A stretch of DNA of 64,000 bases from Elusimicrobiota bacterium (GCA_041658405.1 JBBAAG010000002.1:453-64452), one strand, 5' to 3'. Shown: positions 1 to 9,788, counted from the stretch's first letter. Numbers and translations: made by a program. Notes: a model not told the origin generated them from the sequence alone.

Positions 1-1076
1 GTAGTACCAAGTTTATTGTGAAAGGTTTTGTTTAAAAAACATTGGGTGATTAATAATAGTTCTGAGATCATCAGCGCTATTCCCGCCATTGTGAGGTACA
101 TTCTGTGGTCAGATATGGCTTGGACAACAAATATGTGTAATACCGGAAAAATTGTTATGCCCGCAAATACTGCGCCAAAAAATATTAACCGGTCTTTTTT
201 TGCTATGTAATAAATAAAATATATTATTGCTGGGACTATAATAACTGACAAAATATTATTTAATGAATTAGATGGGTATATACACGCCAGTTTTGTGGGA
301 AGTATAATTTTTGAAAAGTATATGCTTAATTCATAAAAGGTTAAGCGTAAATCAAACAAGCGGTTCTGGACGTTCATCATCTCCCGGGACATTCCTAAAG
401 TTGTTATTGTAAATCCAGCCCAAGCCAGTGCGATTATGATAAACGGTATTTTATTGATTAACTGTTTAACCGCGAGTTTTCCTTCGCTATAAAAGTCTAT
501 CAAAACCAGCGCGAAGGGTATTGTAACAGCTAATGGTTTGGAGAGTAACGCTAATAAAAATAGTGTATAACAAAAAATGTGGTAGGCCCGGTTCCCTTCA
601 CGTTTTTGTGTTGAGTAGTAAATTAATGTCAGTAAATAAAATGTAGTGTATACCAAGTCATCCTGCCCGGCAATCCACGCGACGGGCTGTACCTGCAACG
701 GGTGTATCCCGAAAATGATACTTGTGAAAATAGCGAGAAAATAGTGTTTTGTAAGGACCATGGCAAAGATGAATATTAAAGCTGTATTCAACAGGTGCAG
801 TATAAGGCTTACTGCGTGATATCCCCGCGGATTTAACCCGAAGAACTTGTATTGCACGGCATAGAGTATGTATGTTATAGGCCTGTACTCGTAGTTGATC
901 GGGCTGGTGAATATGTGTTTAACAGAATTTAATGTTAAAGTTTGTATCGCCGGATTCTCTGTAACCAGTAAATTATCGTCAATATTCGTGAATTTATTGT
1001 TGAAGCTCGGATAAAATACAGCGGCGCATAATATTAGTATCAACGGTAAATAAAAAGCGTATTTGTTAATCATCAT
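1..1076 (-). CDS. PMT_2/GT39-like (TMTC-like) multi-pass membrane glycosyltransferase; N-terminal part only, C-terminus runs off the window start
   Basis: An open minus-strand frame runs from ATG at 1074-1076 to position 1 with no stop, so it is absent from the ORF track. Its N-terminus reads MMINKYAFYLPLILILCAAVFYPSFNNKFTNIDDNLLVTENPAIQ...YEYRPITYILYAVQYKFFGLNPRGYHAVSLILHLLN. This is typical of bacterial PMT/ArnT-fold (DUF1736/TMTC-like) proteins. Confidence 0.55.
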   Translation of the reverse strand, partial: MMINKYAFYLPLILILCAAVFYPSFNNKFTNIDDNLLVTENPAIQTLTLNSVKHIFTSPINYEYRPITYILYAVQYKFFGLNPRGYHAVSLILHLLNTALIFIFAMVLTKHYFLAIFTSIIFGIHPLQVQPVAWIAGQDDLVYTTFYLLTLIYYSTQKREGNRAYHIFCYTLFLLALLSKPLAVTIPFALVLIDFYSEGKLAVKQLINKIPFIIIALAWAGFTITTLGMSREMMNVQNRLFDLRLTFYELSIYFSKIILPTKLACIYPSNSLNNILSVIIVPAIIYFIYYIAKKDRLIFFGAVFAGITIFPVLHIFVVQAISDHRMYLTMAGIALMISELLLITQCFLNKTFHNKLGT

Positions 1077-1146
1077 ACTTTTTATTATATAATAAAGGCT
1101 GACAATTTGCACTTAACCTTGCGTTTGTGTTGTTAAGAAACCTGGG

Positions 1147-2748
1147 TTGTTGTCGTATCAAAGGTATAATATCGTGTATCACAACAAGAGTAACAACAGA
1201 ATGCTGTATCCGCCATTCATGCTTATAATGGCGTGTGTTGCTCGCTTGGTTGTCCTACTTGCGATAGTGGTGCCCTGCATACTCTTTTTTTTGACAGATT
1301 GGTTTATCCCCTGGGTAATATCTGTATGCCCGCCAATACAAAACATGGATTATGCGAAGCTATCCTCCGCAATTATGTTTTTCAAGGCCGTTCATACCCT
1401 GCCATATTTTTGGCTGGCATTATTCTCAACAATTACGGTGAGTTACATGTTTTCTTTATTTATCCGTACGGTATGGGAAAAGGCTGTTGTGTCTTCCGCG
1501 ATACTTGGATTGGTAGCGTTTCATGCATACCGGTTAACATTCGACGGCGGGATTGTGTATTTACTATTACTGATACTGATATTTTTCTTAGGGCGTAAGG
1601 TCAGCGAGATTGACTGGTCAGCTAACCGGTTTGATGTGTTAATGAGAGTTTTATTATTCATCCCGTTTTTTGTTGAACTATTTATTCCCTCGCTTCTGTT
1701 GTATTACTGCGAAACTGTTGATAATGCTGTAGTGAAAAAAGTTTGTGTTTCCGCGAAAAAACTGAAACTTGTAATGCTGCTCTCGCTGATAGGCGCAAAT
1801 GCCGTTATATTCACATTGTTTATGATTAAAAATGAGTACTCTAAAATTGTACCGGTGTATCCCGAAGTACAAAAACTTGCACCCGGGAATTTTTATTGTT
1901 TGGAACTGGACAAACAAAAGGAGCGTTTATATGCAAGTAAAACAGAGGCAAAAGTGTTGTACTCTTTTGACCTTAGAACTGAACCGTGTAAATATAACAA
2001 ACTGGTGCTATTGACGCTGGAGTTTCAGGACCTCAGGTTTAATCCTGAAAGAAACGAATTGTACCACTGCGACCGGTTGTATGAACGGGTAACAGTGGTA
2101 GATTCAAATACGCTAAAAGTTAAACGGGTGTCAGAAAGTGTAGTTACCGGCGGGGGTAGCGCGAGGGTGGCGTTCGATAACGCGTCACGGACTATACTGG
2201 CAACACGCGAGAATGATGATGCGTGGGCGCTTAGCCTTGATTCATTAACGCCAATCAGGAAGTTTGATAATTTCGGTGACCGTAACGAATGTATTGTTTA
2301 TGACAGTAAAAACAAGCGGTATGTACTCACGTATTTCGAAAAATATCCGTATATAAGGTTTGTTTATCCTGCAAATTGGAAGGTAGAAGAAATTAATGTG
2401 CCGATGTGTCAGGGCGGAATTACAATCTCTGACGAGTTAAACGAACTTTACCTTGCTTTACCGAAAAATAAAAAAGTGTATGTGTATGATCTACGGACAA
2501 TGAAATTTAAGCATAGGTTCAATGTTACTTTCGGAGTACGGCAATTGGCGTATGACAATATCCATAAGTTATTATTCGCACCAAGCGCGGTGTCGGGATA
2601 TATGGATATTATCGATGTTATCAACAAAAAACTTGTCCGCAGAGTGTATGCCGGCTATGCGTTGCGGGAGGTGTGTGTTTATCCGGAAAAACACTGGGTA
2701 TTTATTTCATCAAAGGAAGACGGGGTTGGGAGAATACAATATCAGTAG
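1147..2748 (+). CDS. hypothetical membrane protein with an N-terminal multi-TM region and a C-terminal soluble domain
   Basis: A 533-aa ORF. It has about five hydrophobic helices in the first 230 aa followed by a soluble domain. It is divergent from the PMT-like gene. An alternative start Met lies at 1201. Confidence 0.5.
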   Translation: MLSYQRYNIVYHNKSNNRMLYPPFMLIMACVARLVVLLAIVVPCILFFLTDWFIPWVISVCPPIQNMDYAKLSSAIMFFKAVHTLPYFWLALFSTITVSYMFSLFIRTVWEKAVVSSAILGLVAFHAYRLTFDGGIVYLLLLILIFFLGRKVSEIDWSANRFDVLMRVLLFIPFFVELFIPSLLLYYCETVDNAVVKKVCVSAKKLKLVMLLSLIGANAVIFTLFMIKNEYSKIVPVYPEVQKLAPGNFYCLELDKQKERLYASKTEAKVLYSFDLRTEPCKYNKLVLLTLEFQDLRFNPERNELYHCDRLYERVTVVDSNTLKVKRVSESVVTGGGSARVAFDNASRTILATRENDDAWALSLDSLTPIRKFDNFGDRNECIVYDSKNKRYVLTYFEKYPYIRFVYPANWKVEEINVPMCQGGITISDELNELYLALPKNKKVYVYDLRTMKFKHRFNVTFGVRQLAYDNIHKLLFAPSAVSGYMDIIDVINKKLVRRVYAGYALREVCVYPEKHWVFISSKEDGVGRIQYQ

Positions 2749-2751
2749 CCT

Positions 2752-3666
2752 CTATTGAATTTCAATAGTAAACTTTTCTACCATCTTTACCGGATGATAA
2801 GAAAGTTTTGCTTTTCTCAGTCCCGGGATTCCGAGGTCTTGCTCGCGGTTGATGTACTCATACTTACCCATGAGAGCGTGCTCACAAAAAAGGTTGTTCA
2901 ATGCCTGGTATATCCCGTGGAAGCCTTTTTCTGCTTTTTCTATGTGCACTATCGCGGTGGAGGGTTCTGTGGTTTCAGCAATGGTGAACCCCTGGATTTT
3001 ATCGTCAATCATTATTACTCCGCCAAAGAGGTGAAGTTCGTGAAAGTGTTTGAGCAGTTCTGCGGTACAAATGTTTTCGTAATGAAGCGAGAGGTTGTCT
3101 TCACATTTGCGTTCTTTACACCATTTTTGTTGTAATGCCAAACATTCGTCCAGCTGCGCTGCGGTTTCCAATGCGCGGTATTCGTATTTATAACGTTTCT
3201 TGAACTGTAACACAAAATTCTTTTTTGAGTGGTACTTCTGTCCCTCAAGGTTTGTCAGGCTTGATACAAGGTATATATAATCGTCGTTGTCACGGTCATC
3301 CGTGATGTTAAACTTCCCTGATTTACGGAGTTCATACGCTATGTCATTTGTTACTGTAACAATCTCGCCGTTTATCTTCTGCGATTTGTAGTAGTCCAGG
3401 CAGCGGGTATATATATCAACAATCTTTCCGTCTGCATTCTCCTTCGGGCCGATGGGGGAGAACATGAACCGTTCGTTTTCGATTGTGCAGTCAAGGCATA
3501 GGTAGCCGTTAAGCAGTGCGGTGTTGATTTTCAGGGTGTCACGGTAACCGTATAATATCCCAAGGGTCAACTCCGAAGGTTGGGGCTGGTATTTAAGCAG
3601 GTATGACAATACTTCGTCTTTCATCTCAAAACTTAACGGTATAAAATTAGGAAACTGCGGGATCAT
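2752..3666 (-). CDS. hypothetical protein, possibly DUF2156/acyltransferase-fold
   Basis: A 304-aa ORF packed tightly with the neighbouring minus-strand genes. The family assignment is from memory only. Confidence 0.4.
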   Translation of the reverse strand: MIPQFPNFIPLSFEMKDEVLSYLLKYQPQPSELTLGILYGYRDTLKINTALLNGYLCLDCTIENERFMFSPIGPKENADGKIVDIYTRCLDYYKSQKINGEIVTVTNDIAYELRKSGKFNITDDRDNDDYIYLVSSLTNLEGQKYHSKKNFVLQFKKRYKYEYRALETAAQLDECLALQQKWCKERKCEDNLSLHYENICTAELLKHFHELHLFGGVIMIDDKIQGFTIAETTEPSTAIVHIEKAEKGFHGIYQALNNLFCEHALMGKYEYINREQDLGIPGLRKAKLSYHPVKMVEKFTIEIQ

Positions 3667-3684
3667 TTATGCGTTCTTCAAATA

Positions 3685-3936
3685 CTATTTAATTTTCTTT
3701 GGTTTGCAGAGGTGTGACGCGTCAATCGCAGTGCGTCCGCAGCTGTTGCATATATATGCCAATTCTTTTACTTTATCATTGCATAGGTGGCGGATTGTCG
3801 GAATCATTGCACCGCACCAGTCACATTTTTCGGTATGTTTATCCGTAGGGACGCACATATGCCCGCCGTCTTTTGTTTTGCAATTACACGTAGGACATAC
3901 GTGTTTGTGGGTAGTATTAACTTTTTTTGTTGCCAT
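3685..3936 (-). CDS. small Cys/His-rich putative metal-binding protein
   Basis: An 83-aa ORF with about 13 Cys and 8 His arranged as repeated HxC and CxxC units (HVCPTCNC, HMC, CDWCG, HLC, CNSCG, HLC). It lies between blc and the upstream ORF with gaps of 18-25 bp. Confidence 0.45.
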   Translation of the reverse strand: MATKKVNTTHKHVCPTCNCKTKDGGHMCVPTDKHTEKCDWCGAMIPTIRHLCNDKVKELAYICNSCGRTAIDASHLCKPKKIK

Positions 3937-3960
3937 AAATTTACCAGGCCCTTCCTTAAT

Positions 3961-4497
3961 CTATTTTTCCGGATGTTCGGTTTTTTCTATTTTATTGAGA
4001 TCAAACCCTATGGTGGTTAGTTTGTTTAATATTTCAGTATACTTTAGTTCATCCATTTTGGGTGTACGGCTTAGGATCCACAAAAACCGGCGTTTGGGTT
4101 CGCTTACCACCGCGTATTCATAATCTTTGCCTAAATCAATTACCCAGTAATCCCCGGCGAACGGCCAGAAGAAGGTTACTTTAAGTTTTGTCGGGATATC
4201 CTTGTTAGGTATCCATGCAGTACCGGTGATTGAAGAAGGTTTCCCTGCTATTGAACCTTTATTAGCGCGGTTTACTACTTTTATTTTGCCGTTAGGTAAT
4301 AACGTATATTCTGCTGTTGCGGCGTAAAGATTTTTCTGGAAACTATTAGGGTATTTCGCAATTTCGTACCATAATCCCAGGTACCGCGAAAGTTCTAAAC
4401 TAGGGACGGTTTCTAACGGTTTAACTGTTGCGGATACTGCTAAAGTCGGTACCGTTAAAATAGAAAGTGCCAGTATCAACCTAATAGTTCTTAACAT
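3961..4497 (-). CDS. blc: bacterial lipocalin Blc (outer-membrane lipoprotein)
   Basis: Signal peptide, the lipocalin SCR1 motif YLGLWYEIAKYPNSFQ, and C-terminal GDYWVIDLGKDYEYAVVSEP...FLWILSRTP. Confidence 0.85.
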   Translation of the reverse strand: MLRTIRLILALSILTVPTLAVSATVKPLETVPSLELSRYLGLWYEIAKYPNSFQKNLYAATAEYTLLPNGKIKVVNRANKGSIAGKPSSITGTAWIPNKDIPTKLKVTFFWPFAGDYWVIDLGKDYEYAVVSEPKRRFLWILSRTPKMDELKYTEILNKLTTIGFDLNKIEKTEHPEK

Positions 4498-4610
4498 ATG
4501 CTTTATTTCTCCATTTCATTTTGTTTTCTTTATGTTCTATCATACAAGACTGTATTATACATACAATGCATCAATAAATCAAGAGGGACTATAGACAGGT
4601 TCTTTACACA

Positions 4611-4632
4611 AAAGTGTGCAAAGTGTGCAAAA
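4611..4632 (+). promoter_or_regulatory. tandem AGTGTGCAAA boxes upstream of M23 copy 1 (candidate operator/promoter element)
   Basis: AGTGTGCAA and AGTGTGCAAA lie directly in tandem and are followed by ACAGTTATTCT. The same boxes and ACAGTTATTCT recur upstream of copy 2. Confidence 0.35.
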
Positions 4633-4691
4633 ATTCGGGTATAGTATACAGTTATTCTAGGAGTTAAATGATATAATTAATCGACGCTAAA

Positions 4692-4705
4692 GTGAATATA
4701 TTCAC
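4692..4705. promoter_or_regulatory. perfect 14-bp palindrome GTGAATATATTCAC in the copy-1 leader
   Basis: Seen directly in the sequence. It has TGAAT..ATTCA half-sites and is absent from copy 2. Confidence 0.3.
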
Positions 4706-4789
4706 AGTTGCTCCATGTATGGCATAAATATTGCAACAATGGTTGTTCGAGAAACAAAAAGAAACTGGAAAGAAAGAAGGAGAAAGAAA

Positions 4790-5275
4790 ATGAAAAGTTT
4801 AAGAGTCGTTCTGGTAGCAGCCTTAGCATTAGCAATAGCAGCGCCGTCAGCGTTTGCATGGTATCTTTATTGGCCAACAAGCGGACGTATCAGCAGCGTA
4901 GTTGGCTGGAGAATCTGTCCTTTCCATGGCCGTGAATATCATCCCGGTACAGACATTGCAGCGCCCGGTGGACGCCGGATTGGTTCAATCGCAGCGGGTA
5001 GAGTTACTTCAGCGGGTTGGGCAGGCGGATACGGGAAATCAGTGAATATGAGCCACGCAAGCGGATATACAAGCCGGTATTCACATATGAGCTCAATCTC
5101 AACACGTCGCGGTGCATATCTTGCATCAAAAGGTAAAGTTGGTGCAGTAGGAACGACCGGCAGCAGCACTGGTAACCATCTTGATTTCGGGATCAAAAGA
5201 TATGGTTCAGTAAAGGCGCCGAGATGTTCTAAAGGGCAGTATAAAACAGCCGGAACAAGAATATATCTCCGGTAA
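4790..5275 (+). CDS. secreted M23-family (lysostaphin/LytM-like) peptidase, paralog 1
   Basis: AGGAGAAAGAAAATG RBS and a signal peptide MKSLRVVLVAALALAIAAPSAFA. M23 motifs HPGTD (HxxxD), SRYSHMS, and GSSTGNHLDFGI, where HLD replaces the canonical HxH. Confidence 0.75.
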   Translation: MKSLRVVLVAALALAIAAPSAFAWYLYWPTSGRISSVVGWRICPFHGREYHPGTDIAAPGGRRIGSIAAGRVTSAGWAGGYGKSVNMSHASGYTSRYSHMSSISTRRGAYLASKGKVGAVGTTGSSTGNHLDFGIKRYGSVKAPRCSKGQYKTAGTRIYLR

Positions 5276-5303
5276 TAAGATAGAATAAGTTAGTTAACGA
5301 AGG

Positions 5304-5340
5304 CTCCCTTGGTTGAAGAAACCAAGGGAGTTTTTGTTTG
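5304..5340 (+). terminator. rho-independent terminator
   Basis: Stem CTCCCTTGGTT / AACCAAGGGAG, loop GAAGAA, then TTTTTGTTTG. Confidence 0.7.
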
Positions 5341-5423
5341 TATAGCATTAAAGGTAGTTAAAGTAATTCAACAGTTGTATTGAAAATATGTATAGAGCAT
5401 ACTGTAGAATATCGTGCAATACA

Positions 5424-5459
5424 AGTGTGAAATAAGTGTGCAAATTACACAGTTATTCT
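5424..5459 (+). promoter_or_regulatory. AGTGTGaAAt / AGTGTGCAAA boxes plus ACAGTTATTCT upstream of M23 copy 2
   Basis: Counterpart of 4611-4659. The two boxes are spaced 11 nt apart. Confidence 0.35.
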
Positions 5460-5631
5460 GCTAAACCGACAAAACATTATTTTTAGCCATCACAATATTT
5501 GTATTGTAATATAATCAAAATAACGATAATTGCGGTATACCCCACCCACTCTTTTGTGTATTGGCACGAATATTGCAACAATGGTTGTTCGAGAAACAAA
5601 AAGAAACTGGAAAGAAAGAAGGAGAAAGAAA

Positions 5632-6111
5632 ATGAAAAGTTTAAAGATCGCCTTGGTAGCAGCGTTAGCATTAGCAGTAGCAGCGCCGTCAGCGTTTGCA
5701 TTATATTGGCCGGTGTCAGGACGTATCAGCAGCATAGTCGGCTGGAGAATCTGTCCTTTCCATGGCCGTGAATATCATCCTGGTACAGATGTCGCAGCGC
5801 CTAGCGGGCGGAGAATCGGTTCAATAGCGGCAGGAAGAGTAACATCAGCGGGTTGGAACGGCGGATACGGGAAATCAGTGAGTATGAGCCACTCAAGCGG
5901 GTATACAAGCCGGTATTCACATATGAGCTACATCTCAACACGCCGCGGTGCATATCTCTCAGCAAAAGGTAAAGTCGGTAATGTCGGAACGACAGGTAGC
6001 AGCACTGGTAACCATCTTGATTTCGGGATTAAGAGATATGGTTCAGTAAAGGCGCCGAAATGTTATAAAGGGCAGTATAAGACAGCCGGAACAACATTGT
6101 ATCTAAGATAA
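5632..6111 (+). CDS. secreted M23-family peptidase, paralog 2 (tandem duplicate)
   Basis: It has the same 65-nt leader, RBS, signal peptide and motifs as 4790-5275. The coding sequence is near-identical with scattered substitutions. Confidence 0.75.
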   Translation: MKSLKIALVAALALAVAAPSAFALYWPVSGRISSIVGWRICPFHGREYHPGTDVAAPSGRRIGSIAAGRVTSAGWNGGYGKSVSMSHSSGYTSRYSHMSYISTRRGAYLSAKGKVGNVGTTGSSTGNHLDFGIKRYGSVKAPKCYKGQYKTAGTTLYLR

Positions 6112-6144
6112 TAAATGCTTAAGTTGTTAAGAAGTTTTACAAGG

Positions 6145-6180
6145 CTCCCTTGGTTAAGAAAACCAAGGGAGTTTTGTTTG
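6145..6180 (+). terminator. rho-independent terminator (copy of 5304-5340)
   Basis: Same stem CTCCCTTGGTT/AACCAAGGGAG followed by a T-run. Confidence 0.7.
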
Positions 6181-6189
6181 CCAATATTT

Positions 6190-7128
6190 ATGTGGAGTAT
6201 GATTTTATCAGGTATATCATGGATTAACGCTGAAGATATGGGAAACGTAAACATTAAAAGTTATATTAAAAACGATACCATTCTATCCATAACAATAGAA
6301 TGTCCAAAGAAATATAATCAAAAAGAAGTTGTAATCTGCAACGGAGATAAAACTTTGTATTCTTCTAATTTCACAAAAATCAGCGGGACATCAACAGTTA
6401 TATCCGCAGAAATACCATATCCTGTGCGTTCACTAAAATACGAACCTCTGAAAGTGTACATTTCAAGCGCTTTAGCGGGAACAATAGATTATCTTAAGCT
6501 ACCCTATGAGTATGTAAATGCAAAACCTTTAAGGTACATCAAGAATATCCGCGAATTTGAGAAACAGGATGCTATAAATCCGCCGGAGGAAGGTTTAATA
6601 CTATTTCTTGGTAGTTCAAGCATTACCCGCTGGAAGAGTGTGTATGCTGATATGTCACCGTTAAAAGTTCTCAACCGCGGGTTTGGCGGATCACGGAGCG
6701 ATGACTTACTTCAGTATTTCAATCGCGTGGTTTTGCCGTATAACCCAAAAACTATTGTGTATTACGAAGGCGATAATGATATTGGCGGTGGAAAAACTCC
6801 GGAGCAGTTACTGAATAATTTTAATGAATTTGTTAACCTTACCCGCAAGCATATACCCGGGTGCAGTAAGATCTTTTTTGTTTCAATAAAACCAAGCCCG
6901 GTACGTGAAAAAACATGGCTTAACTCGCAAAAAGCTAATCAACTAATACTGGAGTATACAAAAACAACAGTGGATGTTGAGTTCATAGATATTACGGCTG
7001 TTATGTTTGATAAAAATGGGAAACTGCGTACGGATATTTTTGCTAAAGATAACTTGCATATGAATGAAAAAGGGTATGAACTCTGGGCCAGTATTATAAA
7101 ACAAAGGTTGTTGGGATTAAATAAGTAA
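6190..7128 (+). CDS. SGNH/GDSL-family hydrolase
   Basis: Block I LFLGSSSITRW, block II NRGFGGSRSDD, block III YYEGDNDI, block V DNLHMNEKGY. The start is placed after the terminator; the tracked ORF start at 6115 overlaps it. Confidence 0.7.
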   Translation: MWSMILSGISWINAEDMGNVNIKSYIKNDTILSITIECPKKYNQKEVVICNGDKTLYSSNFTKISGTSTVISAEIPYPVRSLKYEPLKVYISSALAGTIDYLKLPYEYVNAKPLRYIKNIREFEKQDAINPPEEGLILFLGSSSITRWKSVYADMSPLKVLNRGFGGSRSDDLLQYFNRVVLPYNPKTIVYYEGDNDIGGGKTPEQLLNNFNEFVNLTRKHIPGCSKIFFVSIKPSPVREKTWLNSQKANQLILEYTKTTVDVEFIDITAVMFDKNGKLRTDIFAKDNLHMNEKGYELWASIIKQRLLGLNK

Positions 7129-7189
7129 CCGGCTTCCCTGTTCCTGGTAATTAGAAATATTCCTGTAAAATTTTATATAATAAGATGTT

Positions 7190-8641
7190 ATGAAAAATAC
7201 ATTGGTTATCACGTATATATCTATCTGGATTCTTTTCTTCACATCCGGGATTTATTCTGAGGAAATGAAGTTTGACCTCAGTTCTGCGGTTAAGCTCGGG
7301 CTGAAAAAAAACAGGTCGGTACTGCTTTCCGTAAAAGATTCGTGGTTACAGGCGGAGATCTCGCATTTACAAACAAAAGCGCAGTATAAGCCGCAACTGA
7401 ATCTAACAGGTAATATTAAACGCGCATCAAGTTATGATGTCAGCAGTGCTATAACAAGTTATACCGAAGAAGGCGCTGAACCCAGTGATGCTACTACATC
7501 GGTCTCCGGTGATTCTGATAACATCGGGTTAGCGTTAACCCAACAATTCCCTATTCTACAAACCGGCGGGAAATTGTCTTTAAATTGTAACTATCTATAC
7601 GAAACACAATCTGACTACCCTAATACTTCACGGCTTGGCATGGAATTTACGCAACCACTTTCCCCAGGGCAGGTGTTAACCCAAAAAAGTGAGTGGAAAG
7701 ACGCAGAGGAAAGTTATTTTACTGCGGAGTTAAATTATAAATCATCACAGGAACAGTTGATCTACGATATTATCAATCAATACATAGGTTTAGTGAAAGC
7801 TGAGAAAGCGATTGAACGTATCCGGAAGTCTACTGATGCAGGGAAGTCGTTGTTGGATATCGCAAAACTAAGGCATCAAGCCGGTGAAATTGCGGAAATT
7901 GATATGTTAAACCTGGATATCCAGAATAAACTTGATGAGGATACGATTATCACGCAGGAACGCGCGTTAGCACAGCAGAGAGATGAGTTTGTCAAACTAC
8001 TTGGGTTGACAAAGGGAACTACAATTATGCTTGATCCGGAAATTAGCATCAAAACATACGAGGTGTCGTATAAAGACGCGCTGGAATTATCAAAGAAAAA
8101 CCGGGCGGAGTATAAACAACAAATATTGGGGATAGACGACGCGTTGGTGAACCTTAAACAAACAAAGTATAGTAATTGGCCTGATATGTCTCTTAACGCG
8201 AATTATTATCTTGAACAATTAAATACAGGCTGGACACCGCAATGGGAAGTTAATGCTGAGTTTACATTACCATTATACGCCGGCGGGATTTATAAACATA
8301 ATGTTAGAAAAGCGGAAAGCAGTTACAACCTTGTCCGGCAGTCGTTTGAAGAGTTTGAGGAAACTGTTGAACGCGAACTTGACGAAATATTTTCGCAGTT
8401 AGAAATTAATAAACGCAGGATTGAAGTATTAAAACAGGCACTTAAGGCATCCGAGGAAAGTTTGAAAGTTTCAGAGCTTAGGTTTAAGATGGGCATAATT
8501 TCGTATAACGATTATTCGCAGGATATGGAACGTTACAACCAGGCAGAACAGACTGTTACGGATACGGAACTTGAAATTGTAATGCTTCACGTACGCCTGC
8601 TAAAATCAGTGGGTAAATTGTTGGAAGTATATAGTAACTGA
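7190..8641 (+). CDS. TolC-like outer membrane efflux protein
   Basis: 483 aa with a signal peptide and an OEP-family two-repeat coiled-coil architecture. It is the first gene of the efflux operon. Confidence 0.65.
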   Translation: MKNTLVITYISIWILFFTSGIYSEEMKFDLSSAVKLGLKKNRSVLLSVKDSWLQAEISHLQTKAQYKPQLNLTGNIKRASSYDVSSAITSYTEEGAEPSDATTSVSGDSDNIGLALTQQFPILQTGGKLSLNCNYLYETQSDYPNTSRLGMEFTQPLSPGQVLTQKSEWKDAEESYFTAELNYKSSQEQLIYDIINQYIGLVKAEKAIERIRKSTDAGKSLLDIAKLRHQAGEIAEIDMLNLDIQNKLDEDTIITQERALAQQRDEFVKLLGLTKGTTIMLDPEISIKTYEVSYKDALELSKKNRAEYKQQILGIDDALVNLKQTKYSNWPDMSLNANYYLEQLNTGWTPQWEVNAEFTLPLYAGGIYKHNVRKAESSYNLVRQSFEEFEETVERELDEIFSQLEINKRRIEVLKQALKASEESLKVSELRFKMGIISYNDYSQDMERYNQAEQTVTDTELEIVMLHVRLLKSVGKLLEVYSN

Positions 8642-8672
8642 GTTATTGATTTGAGTATATGGAGAAAATAAA

Positions 8673-9788
8673 TTGATGAAAAACAGGAAAACGTTAATTA
8701 TTGTCGCCGCTGTACTGGCGGTATTATTTATTATCCGTGCGGTAGTGGTTAATATCAAACGCGCGGTGCCCGTACAGGTTACAACACCGGTCTTAGGAAG
8801 TATTACCGCTAAAGTCCGTGCAGCAGGAACGATTACTTCCCGGAAAGTGTTCAAAATAACAGCGCCGGTATCCGGGCAGCTACAGGACATACCCTCAGAA
8901 CTTAATACAGGGTCAAAGGTAAGCAAAAGCGCGGTACTCGCTATGATAAAACCTACGGAAGAAGAAATTTCAAATGCTGAGGAAGAACTTAAATCTGCCG
9001 AGATTAACCTCAAATTATCCCAACAAAAACTTGACCTCACAAAACAGTTGTTTGATATGAAAGCCGTAGCGCAACAGGAAGTTGTACAGGCGGAGATCGC
9101 GCTTATGCGTGAAGATTCTGCAGTACAAAAACTGCGTGCGCGCCTTACCGGTAAAAATGTTACTGTACCGTTTGACAGTGTTATCGTGAAAATGGGTATC
9201 AAAAACGGCGAGATAATTTCTGCCGGGTCAGAATTGTTTACTATAGCTGACATGAAAAACCTGATCTCCGTGCTTAACGTATCAGAGTCTGATATCTCAA
9301 AAATATTTGTTAAACAGCAGGTAGATATTATTGGGTCAGATTCAGAAAGTGTGCTTAAAGGTAAAGTTGAAAGTATCAGTATGGTTGCGCAGGATACCGG
9401 TGCGGATCAGGAACGCCGTGAACCTCCAAAATATGTGGTGCAGGTAACTATTGTTGTACCGGAACGCAACGAGTTACGGCTCGGGGGTAATGTCTGGGGT
9501 GAAGTCAAACTGGAAACTAAACCCAATGTTCTTAGTGTTCCCATGGAAGCTATATTATACGAAACCACGTCAGCAATCCCGCAGCCGTACCTTTATGTCA
9601 TGCGCAACGGTACCGCAAAAAAAGTTTTTGTTGAAACCGGGATAAACGATACAAAAAATGTTGAAATCTCCGCTGACCTAATGCCGAATGAGCAGATAAT
9701 CACCGTAGGTAATGTTAATATTAAAGATGGCAGCCGGGTGAGGTTGTTGACCCAACGTGAAATTGAGGAACAAATAGAACTTAAGTAA
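8673..9788 (+). CDS. efflux periplasmic adaptor (membrane fusion protein, HlyD/MacA-like)
   Basis: N-terminal TM anchor, a coiled-coil region, and C-terminal beta domains. It lies between the OEP and the permease. Confidence 0.7.
   Translation: MMKNRKTLIIVAAVLAVLFIIRAVVVNIKRAVPVQVTTPVLGSITAKVRAAGTITSRKVFKITAPVSGQLQDIPSELNTGSKVSKSAVLAMIKPTEEEISNAEEELKSAEINLKLSQQKLDLTKQLFDMKAVAQQEVVQAEIALMREDSAVQKLRARLTGKNVTVPFDSVIVKMGIKNGEIISAGSELFTIADMKNLISVLNVSESDISKIFVKQQVDIIGSDSESVLKGKVESISMVAQDTGADQERREPPKYVVQVTIVVPERNELRLGGNVWGEVKLETKPNVLSVPMEAILYETTSAIPQPYLYVMRNGTAKKVFVETGINDTKNVEISADLMPNEQIITVGNVNIKDGSRVRLLTQREIEEQIELK

Noticed and set aside
28-210. 60-aa plus-strand ORF at the window start
   Set aside because: It lies entirely antisense to the long open minus-strand PMT-like frame (1-1076) and has no RBS or motif.
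4677-5771. Several 60-90-aa ORFs overlapping the M23 leaders and genes on both strands (4677-4880, 4708-4935, 4939-5196, 5483-5701, 5490-5735, 5499-5771)
   Set aside because: They are low-complexity translations of the repeated A/G-rich leader (KKKLERKKEKENEKF…) or antisense to the M23 genes. Their duplication only reflects the tandem repeat.
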